DNA from: Methanobacteriota archaeon
Lineage (GTDB): Archaea > Thermoplasmatota > Thermoplasmata > Lutacidiplasmatales > UBA184
Direction: 5' to 3'
DNA: 44,410 nt
NCBI GenBank assembly: GCA_013290045.1
Contig: JABCYU010000003.1
Coordinates: 1 to 44,410 of the forward strand
How positions within the stretch are numbered: position 1 is the stretch's first letter; every line of letters begins with the position of its first letter. The notes below the pieces were generated by a model, which made no database searches, was not told the DNA's origin, and was given only the letters and a program-made list of their open reading frames with translations. Of the stretch, positions 38,899 to 44,410 are shown piece after piece. The position numbers and the translations under genes are program-made.

Positions 38899-39654
38899 CT
38901 AGGGGGTCGGGCGGACAAAGGACTTCACAGATCGCGATGATCGTGACCCAAACGCCCAAGCAACCATCAAGGGAAACTCGCTTCGCCAGAGCGGGTCGCC
39001 GTGTGACGCGTTCCGCTCCCTAAGGACGACGTCCGCACCCGCGCTGCGGAGTGCGCTCGCCCATCGGATCGCATTCTGGAGAAAGAACGGTTCCTTCGTG
39101 CCGGCGACGAGGTAGACGCGTGGGAGCGGTTTCGACAGCTCTGCACTCGGTTTGTAACCCCCGCCCGGCGAGCCGGAAAAGACCACACCGTACACGGCCG
39201 GATGGCGTACCCCGAGAGCGAGGGCGAGCTCCCCGCCAGCCGATACACCGAACACGGCGGTTCGCTCCGGGGGGAGCGCTACTGCGAAGCGCAGGGCTAC
39301 CCATCGACGGACGGTCGCTACGAAGAACTCTTCGTGGCGCGCGAAGCGTTCCGAGTAAAAGGCCGGTGAGTACTCATGGAGGCGAGGCGTCGCTTCGCTC
39401 AGCCCGTGGACGCCCACGATCATCGTGGAAGGAACGCCCTCCCCCGTGAGTCCATCACCCCAGCTCGAAATCCTCTGTCCATCGCCGGCAAAAACGATGA
39501 ACTCGGGCGGATACGGCGGTATGTAGGCCGTGACTTCCCGGCCGCCGTCGTAATCGAAGGTTTCGGTAATCAGCTTCCCCGCTGTCCGATCAGGGCTTGC
39601 CGTCCGCTTCGGAAGATTGGGACCCTTCGCCCTTACCGGCGCTTCATCACTCAT
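38899..39654 (-). CDS. Alpha/beta hydrolase (putative esterase)
   Basis: AVFGVSAGG nucleophile elbow; R..EYSP; YLVAG..E; terminal His in ASHG...W..EFP; ATG at 39654 preferred. Confidence 0.88.
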   Translation of the reverse strand: MSDEAPVRAKGPNLPKRTASPDRTAGKLITETFDYDGGREVTAYIPPYPPEFIVFAGDGQRISSWGDGLTGEGVPSTMIVGVHGLSEATPRLHEYSPAFYSERFARHEEFFVATVRRWVALRFAVALPPERTAVFGVSAGGELALALGVRHPAVYGVVFSGSPGGGYKPSAELSKPLPRVYLVAGTKEPFFLQNAIRWASALRSAGADVVLRERNASHGDPLWRSEFPLMVAWAFGSRSSRSVKSFVRPTP

Positions 39655-40034
39655 CGTCGGACGTCGACCCCTCGATGTCAGCGGGGGACCCTTGCCCGAA
39701 GACGTACTTCGCCTATTTGCCCAAGACGGCAACTTGGAGCGCGCGGGGATGAATGTCGTGGCATGCAGCGACACTTCTCAAGGCAGGTCTCTGCTCGCCG
39801 AACTAGGCCCTCACCTTGGATTCGAAGACTGTCGAAGTGTCGGTCACGACTTTCGAGGATCGGGGGGCGCTGCCGGTGATGGTTGTTCCGTCGATCAAGG
39901 GGTCCCACCGACCGGTGCACTGGTATCGAGAACTGGGCGATCTAACATCGGAGCGGTCGTGAACTACGTTGCAGTGTACACGAGCGAATCCCTGGCCCCG
40001 GAACCGCGCTCTCGGTGAGGCTGCACAAAAGGTG

Positions 40035-40394
40035 TTAGTCCTCGGTGTCCGGGTAGTTCGCACGCTTCAACTTGGCGACGATGGAGGGCAGATCGTCGTG
40101 TATGAACCGCCACACCCGTTCAGCCTTCATTTCAGGGTATTCGTGGACCAGGTCGTTCCGCAGCTGGTCGATATCTTCCCACGGAACCATGGGGTTCGCC
40201 TTGCGGAAAGATTGACCTATCTTTGTCCCGGTCTCGGTGAAATGCAGCGCCCGAAGCTCCGCCGCATCCCGGAATTCCGGGGTGCGAATGTCGAAGAACC
40301 GGTCCTTCCCGCCAGACACGTACCGTCCGGCGGCCGTGGCCTCGCGCAGCATCCGGTCGATTAGGAGTCGAGTCCTCTCCTCGGTGGCCTTCAA
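40035..40394 (-). CDS. HepT-like RNase (DUF86, HEPN toxin)
   Basis: P.VPW..I..LRNDLVHEY...VW..I..DLP. Confidence 0.9.
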   Translation of the reverse strand: MKATEERTRLLIDRMLREATAAGRYVSGGKDRFFDIRTPEFRDAAELRALHFTETGTKIGQSFRKANPMVPWEDIDQLRNDLVHEYPEMKAERVWRFIHDDLPSIVAKLKRANYPDTED

Positions 40395-40828
40395 AGTGTT
40401 ACCGCCTCAGCCTCGACCTGGGGGCGCATGGCCCAGGGAAGATCGGAAAGTTCCACCACGTCGACGGGGCGCCCGAGAACCTTGCGAAGCTCGATCTTCA
40501 GGTGGGCGACATCCAGAAGTGACATTCGGGGTAGCGCGTCCACAAGGAGATCCACGTCGCTTGCCGCGGTCGCCTCTTGCCGACGGACTGAACCGAAGAC
40601 ACGGACCTGTTTGACCCCGTAACTCTTCAACAGCGTCAGGACCTCCGTCCGCTTCGGACCCAAGACTTCCTTGATTCCAAGGCCGCTGCCTAGTTCGGTC
40701 GGGCGTATCACCGGAGTATTCCAGAGTCTCGACTTGCACCGAGGGCACATCCGAACCGGAGTCCGTCTCGGGGTCCAGGTGTAGACGCACCGGTAGCAGT
40801 GCATCTCGGGGAGACTCGAGTTGAGCAT
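40391..40828 (-). CDS. MntA-like nucleotidyltransferase antitoxin with N-terminal Zn ribbon
   Basis: CYRC...CPRC; VFGSVRR.E....SDVDLLV; LGR.VDVV; 4-bp overlap with the HEPN gene. Confidence 0.9.
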   Translation of the reverse strand: MLNSSLPEMHCYRCVYTWTPRRTPVRMCPRCKSRLWNTPVIRPTELGSGLGIKEVLGPKRTEVLTLLKSYGVKQVRVFGSVRRQEATAASDVDLLVDALPRMSLLDVAHLKIELRKVLGRPVDVVELSDLPWAMRPQVEAEAVTL

Positions 40829-40936
40829 CGGCGGGGAAGGGAGAGTTGAATCGGTAGATTAAACTTACTCATGCGTAACACGAGGCTGAGTAATGTCGGA
40901 TGCGTTCGTCTGGCCGCGACTGGCCCAGGCGCACGC

Positions 40937-42105
40937 TAGTGTCATTTCTAGGGCGGTAGAGTAGGTTCTGCCGGACCGCAAAGGCTAGTGCCGGGGAGTG
41001 CTCCCTCCCCGGGCATGGTGCTCCGGGTTCGAGAGATCTCCAATGAGGAAGGCAACCGGCTCCGGACCGCGATCCGACACTCGAAAGACCTCATCGAGAT
41101 GAAACGGGCCCAGGTGATCCTGGGCTCAGCTCAGCGGTTCACCGTCCAGAAGATCGCTATCTTCTCGGGAATGTCCGACGGCTACATTCGGATCCTGATT
41201 CACGCGTTCAACGAGGAGGGGCTCGCGATGCTCAAGCCCCGATGGAATCCAGGACATCGCACCAAGTTTTCGAAGGAGACTCGGGCACGGCTGGTGGCGC
41301 TGGCCACCGGCCGACCTCGGGACCTGGGGCTCCCCTTCGGTCAGTGGAGCCTACGACGCCTTCGGGACGCCGCGGTGGCGAGGGGCATCGTGGACTCGAT
41401 CTCCCTCGAGTGGCTGAGGGTCATCTGTGACGAGGCGGACGTCACGCACCAATCGATCCGGACATGGAAGGAGAGCAAGGACCCGAAGTTCGAGGAGAAG
41501 AGGGCGCGGATCGACCGCCTCACGGCGAAGCGGCACAACCCCCCAGTCGTCCTCAGTATGGATGAGATCGGCCCGATCTCCCTCAAGCCCCACGGCGGCA
41601 AGGGGTGGTTCAAGAAGGGGCTGCCGGGACGGATCCCAGCGACCTACAAGAAACAGAGCGGGACACGTTACGAGTACACCTGTCTGAACGTGTTCCATCA
41701 GACGTTGAGCGTCAAGCAAGAGGAACACAAGGGCGGAGCGATCTGGCTACGATTCATGAAGTACCAACGCTCGAAATACTCTCCCGACCAGAGGGTCTAC
41801 ATCATCCAGGACGGACTCAGCGCCCACTGGACTCCTGAGGTGAGAGCGTGGGCGAGGGTCCACAAGGTATCCCTCGTCTCCACGGCCACCGACGCCAGTT
41901 GGATGAACCCGGTGGAGTGCCACGCCGGACCACTCCAGGTGGCGGCGATGGCCGGGAGTGATTGGTGGAGTTGGGGCGAGGTGGACGAGGCGTTCCGGAG
42001 GGCGGCTCAACTCATCACGCGAGAGCACAAGGCATCAGGGAAGGAGTTCAGGAGCACCCAACACAAGGTCAGCAAACATCGTCGGCCGCTCTGGACGCGA
42101 CACTA
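40937..42105 (+). mobile_element. IS630-family insertion sequence (complete copy)
   Basis: Imperfect terminal IRs (CTAGTGTCATTTCTAGGGCGG vs CTAGTGTCGCGTCCAGAGCGG, 16/21); CTAG target with TA duplication; left end identical to 44284-44410. Confidence 0.92.
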
Positions 42106-42106
42106 G
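41015..42106 (+). CDS. IS630-family DDE transposase
   Basis: HTH domains, WSLRRL, SMDEIGP (D), IQDGLSAH (D), WMNPVE (E); stop codon uses the right end/target TAG. Confidence 0.95.
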   Translation: MVLRVREISNEEGNRLRTAIRHSKDLIEMKRAQVILGSAQRFTVQKIAIFSGMSDGYIRILIHAFNEEGLAMLKPRWNPGHRTKFSKETRARLVALATGRPRDLGLPFGQWSLRRLRDAAVARGIVDSISLEWLRVICDEADVTHQSIRTWKESKDPKFEEKRARIDRLTAKRHNPPVVLSMDEIGPISLKPHGGKGWFKKGLPGRIPATYKKQSGTRYEYTCLNVFHQTLSVKQEEHKGGAIWLRFMKYQRSKYSPDQRVYIIQDGLSAHWTPEVRAWARVHKVSLVSTATDASWMNPVECHAGPLQVAAMAGSDWWSWGEVDEAFRRAAQLITREHKASGKEFRSTQHKVSKHRRPLWTRH

Positions 42107-42156
42107 GTGCTGACTGCCGCCCTCCGGGGAGTAGAGAATCTAGCGCACCCAACTCG

Positions 42157-42176
42157 GGTGCAAGGTGTATTGCAAC
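42157..42176. repeat. Palindromic core site GGTGCAA-GGTGTA-TTGCAAC
   Basis: 27 bp past the RelE stop, between convergent genes. Confidence 0.8.
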
Positions 42177-42202
42177 TTTCGCGAGGGAGGTGCGTGGGTT
42201 GC

Positions 42203-42523
42203 CTACTCGCTCGCCTGCGCGTTGCCGGAGTAGAGTCGAGCTCGGTCCCGCAGCTTGAGATAGAAATCGGCCCTTGGGCCGAAACCCAGGAGTCGAATGA
42301 CACCACCCTCGACACGAAAGTACGCTCTCCTCTGAGGGTGGCGAAGTTTGAGCTTCCACAGGCCGTCCGCCCCAGAGAGTTCCTCGACAACGAAGCCTGG
42401 CCCCCCTCTAAACGGATGTTCGACCATTTGCCGGAGAGCGTCCTCGAAATCGTACCGATCCTGTCGTGAGAGGGCTAGGTACTCTTCGCGTGCTCTTGGG
42501 TGGAAGGATAGCGCGTAAGGCAC
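42203..42523 (-). CDS. RelE/ParE-family toxin
   Basis: Y.L.FHP.A..E...L...L..HPF...L.G..GLWKL....RAYF.V...GPR.DFY. Confidence 0.85.
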   Translation of the reverse strand: MPYALSFHPRAREEYLALSRQDRYDFEDALRQMVEHPFRGGPGFVVEELSGADGLWKLKLRHPQRRAYFRVEGGVIRLLGFGPRADFYLKLRDRARLYSGNAQASE

Positions 42524-42525
42524 GG

Positions 42526-42762
42526 TCAGCGCCGAGGTCTACGCATCGAACGGCTCTGGTGAAAGACGTCGTCGCCTGCGATATCTTTGGAGGCCGAGGT
42601 TCGAGACCGACGCTCGAGTTCTTCCACCCAGGATCGGGGCACATAGTCGCTTGCCAGCTCGAGGAGGAAGTCGTCCCAAGTCTGGTCCGCTGTCTTCAGA
42701 GTTCGCAGGCGCTTGACGACCTCGGCGTGCACTGGAATGGTTGTGAGGGTGTTCGAGGCCAT
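42526..42762 (-). CDS. Putative antitoxin (paralog of 19673-19906)
   Basis: TTIPVH.EV..RL..LKT..QTWDDFLLEL; ATG at 42762 preferred. Confidence 0.78.
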   Translation of the reverse strand: MASNTLTTIPVHAEVVKRLRTLKTADQTWDDFLLELASDYVPRSWVEELERRSRTSASKDIAGDDVFHQSRSMRRPRR

Positions 42763-42814
42763 GGTAGTGATGGTCAATGACGCTCATGGTTAAGAATCTT
42801 GCCGACCGCCGCGA

Positions 42815-42939
42815 GCTGGAAGGTGTCTTGCGTGAATGGAGGGGCGCGCTGGTCACCGAGGAAAACCCCCCTCCAGAGCCCTTCCTGACCCCGATGCAGG
42901 GCCGAGAAAACCGATTCGCCCTTCAGACGGGAGTTCGCC
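42815..42939 (-). repeat. Reverse copy of the ~120-bp dispersed repeat, ending in core site 42815-42834 (GCTGGAA-GGTGTC-TTGCGTG)
   Basis: Reverse complement aligns with 13315-13442 (GTTTTC.TCG, TG.ATCGGGGTC, GGGCTC, AGCGCGCCCCTCCA, C.CGCAA). Confidence 0.75.
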
Positions 42940-43369
42940 CCCAGCTCCGAGCGGCGAATTCGGCCGAGTTCCGCCCGCCTGCCGAGTGGGCCGGTTCCTG
43001 GCGACCGAGATCGAATGAGATGCCCCCCAATGAGGTTGGCTGCACGTCGATGTTCCCCTACCCAACTTCGACCCCGGCTCAGTACCCGTATAGGCGATGT
43101 CGCCGGATGGGAACGTTAATCGGCCGGTCCGAGTCGCCCCCCCATGAAACAGATCAGACCCGGTCGCCTCCTCCCCTCCGGCCCCGGACCAACCCAGCGA
43201 CGTGGTCCCCACGACGGTGCAGGGACCTCGGTGGCGCTCCCTTTCCCACCTCGAATCCCGGAACAACGATCTATCATTAGGAGGCTCTCGGGCAGGGCTC
43301 GGACCGATATCCCAGACTGAAAGTGCGCTCACCCCGCATTTTACGCACCTCGGCGTGAGGTTATCCCCT

Positions 43370-44161
43370 TTGGCGGATGACCACCCCGGGCCGATTGGGC
43401 AGACTGGGATTTCCGCGGCACAAGAGGCCGCCGTCGTCCGATGGGGCGGTTTGTCCGGAATCCTGGGCGGAATCATCTTCGTCGCGTCGATCATCTATCA
43501 GGTGGCGTTCATCGGAACCGGGACGACGGCCTCCGGGGCGGGTCCAATCATGCGATTTCCCGGGTTGCAAACCCAGATCGCCGCGGGACAGACGCTGTTC
43601 CTGATCGGAACGATCCTGATGGTTCCCCTCGTCGTGTCGATATACCGGACACTCCGGACCTCGAGTCTGGCCCCGGCCCTGTTCGGATTCGGCCTGAGCT
43701 TTCTCGGACTCGCCGTCCTCGCCGTCGAGAGCGAGCCGAACGTCGCCATGGCCCAAATTTCCGCCCAGTACCACGCCGTCGGAGCCACGGCGGCCCAGCA
43801 AGATGCCGCCGTCGTCGCATGGCAGGCCACGCAGGGGATATTCAACGAGTTCGACACCTGCGCCTACATCTTCCTCTCCGTCGGTTTCATCCTTTTTGGC
43901 GTGGGGATGCTCCGGGCCGCAGGGTACGGCCGAGCCATCGGAGCTGTGACCACTACGATCGGGGTCGTCGGGATCTTCGGAGTGGCCTTGTTCCCGGTCA
44001 CCTCGGCGATGTTCGCGATTCCTGCCGCGCTCACGTTCGTCGTGTTCCCGTTGCTGCTGGGGCGGACCGTCTACCGGATCGCACCGACGGTCGAGCCGAT
44101 GTCGACAGCGACGGACGCGCCGCACGAACTTCGCAATGCGCCCCGGGTGGAACCTCAATGA
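43370..44161 (+). CDS. DUF4386-like multi-pass membrane protein
   Basis: RWGGLSGILGGI; about 6 TM segments; start uncertain (ORF is open from 43202). Confidence 0.75.
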   Translation: MADDHPGPIGQTGISAAQEAAVVRWGGLSGILGGIIFVASIIYQVAFIGTGTTASGAGPIMRFPGLQTQIAAGQTLFLIGTILMVPLVVSIYRTLRTSSLAPALFGFGLSFLGLAVLAVESEPNVAMAQISAQYHAVGATAAQQDAAVVAWQATQGIFNEFDTCAYIFLSVGFILFGVGMLRAAGYGRAIGAVTTTIGVVGIFGVALFPVTSAMFAIPAALTFVVFPLLLGRTVYRIAPTVEPMSTATDAPHELRNAPRVEPQ

Positions 44162-44286
44162 TGGAGGCGACGAGGACTCGGCTCTCGACGCTCTGGGCAT
44201 TCGCGACGCTGAACTACATCTACGCCGACGTGGTCACGCTGTACGATAAGGCCGGGACCCTCCATTTCAGCCAAGGGTTCCTCCTA
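44158..44286 (+). pseudogene. DUF6326-like membrane protein gene interrupted by IS630
   Basis: RLSTLWAFATLNYIYADV...QGFLL, then IS630 sequence begins at a CTAG; ATGA-coupled to the upstream gene. Confidence 0.75.
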
Positions 44287-44410
44287 GTGTCATTTCTAGG
44301 GCGGTAGAGTAGGTTCTGCCGGACCGCAAAGGCTAGTGCCGGGGAGTGCTCCCTCCCCGGGCATGGTGCTCCGGGTTCGAGAGATCTCCAATGAGGAAGG
44401 CAACCGGCTC
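44285..44410 (+). mobile_element. Second IS630 copy (left end and transposase start, truncated by the window)
   Basis: 127 bp identical to 40936-41062. Confidence 0.93.

Noticed and set aside
8680-42834. Recurrent palindromes interpreted as a CRISPR array or classical integron attC sites
   Set aside because: Spacing is irregular and gene-sized, there are no cas genes, no long attC hairpins with RYYYAAC/GTTRRRY ends were seen, genes lie in both orientations, and no IntI-specific insertion is evident in the integrase

Overview
High-GC archaeal accessory region. It is most likely from Thermoplasmatota, inferred from GvpD-like, TrmB, GGGPS/DGGGPS-like genes and TATA-type promoters close to start codons. 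It encodes secreted/surface proteins, small enzymes, an intact tyrosine recombinase (18033-19052), at least 5 toxin-antitoxin pairs and two IS630 copies. A defence cluster contains a Dam-family and a second DNA methyltransferase, a DpnII-family REase, an SRA-like/HNH nuclease, a GHKL(MORC-like)-HEPN fusion and a Swt1-like HEPN protein. An unusual three-prenyltransferase cassette holds a degenerate GGGPS-like TIM barrel, a DGGGPS-like UbiA and a divergent cis-prenyltransferase. The main unexplained structure is a 20-bp palindrome, consensus GGTGCAA-N6-TTGCACC, found by eye about 20 times. It is always intergenic, including between convergent genes, and splits the window into 1-4-gene modules. 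This 7-6-7 geometry resembles tyrosine-recombinase (dif/pdif-like) core sites and suggests an undescribed archaeal cassette-shuffling system. Some sites end a ~120-bp dispersed repeat, and the 17.9-38.7 kb block has inverted homologous ends. All calls come from manual motif reading, with no database searches.
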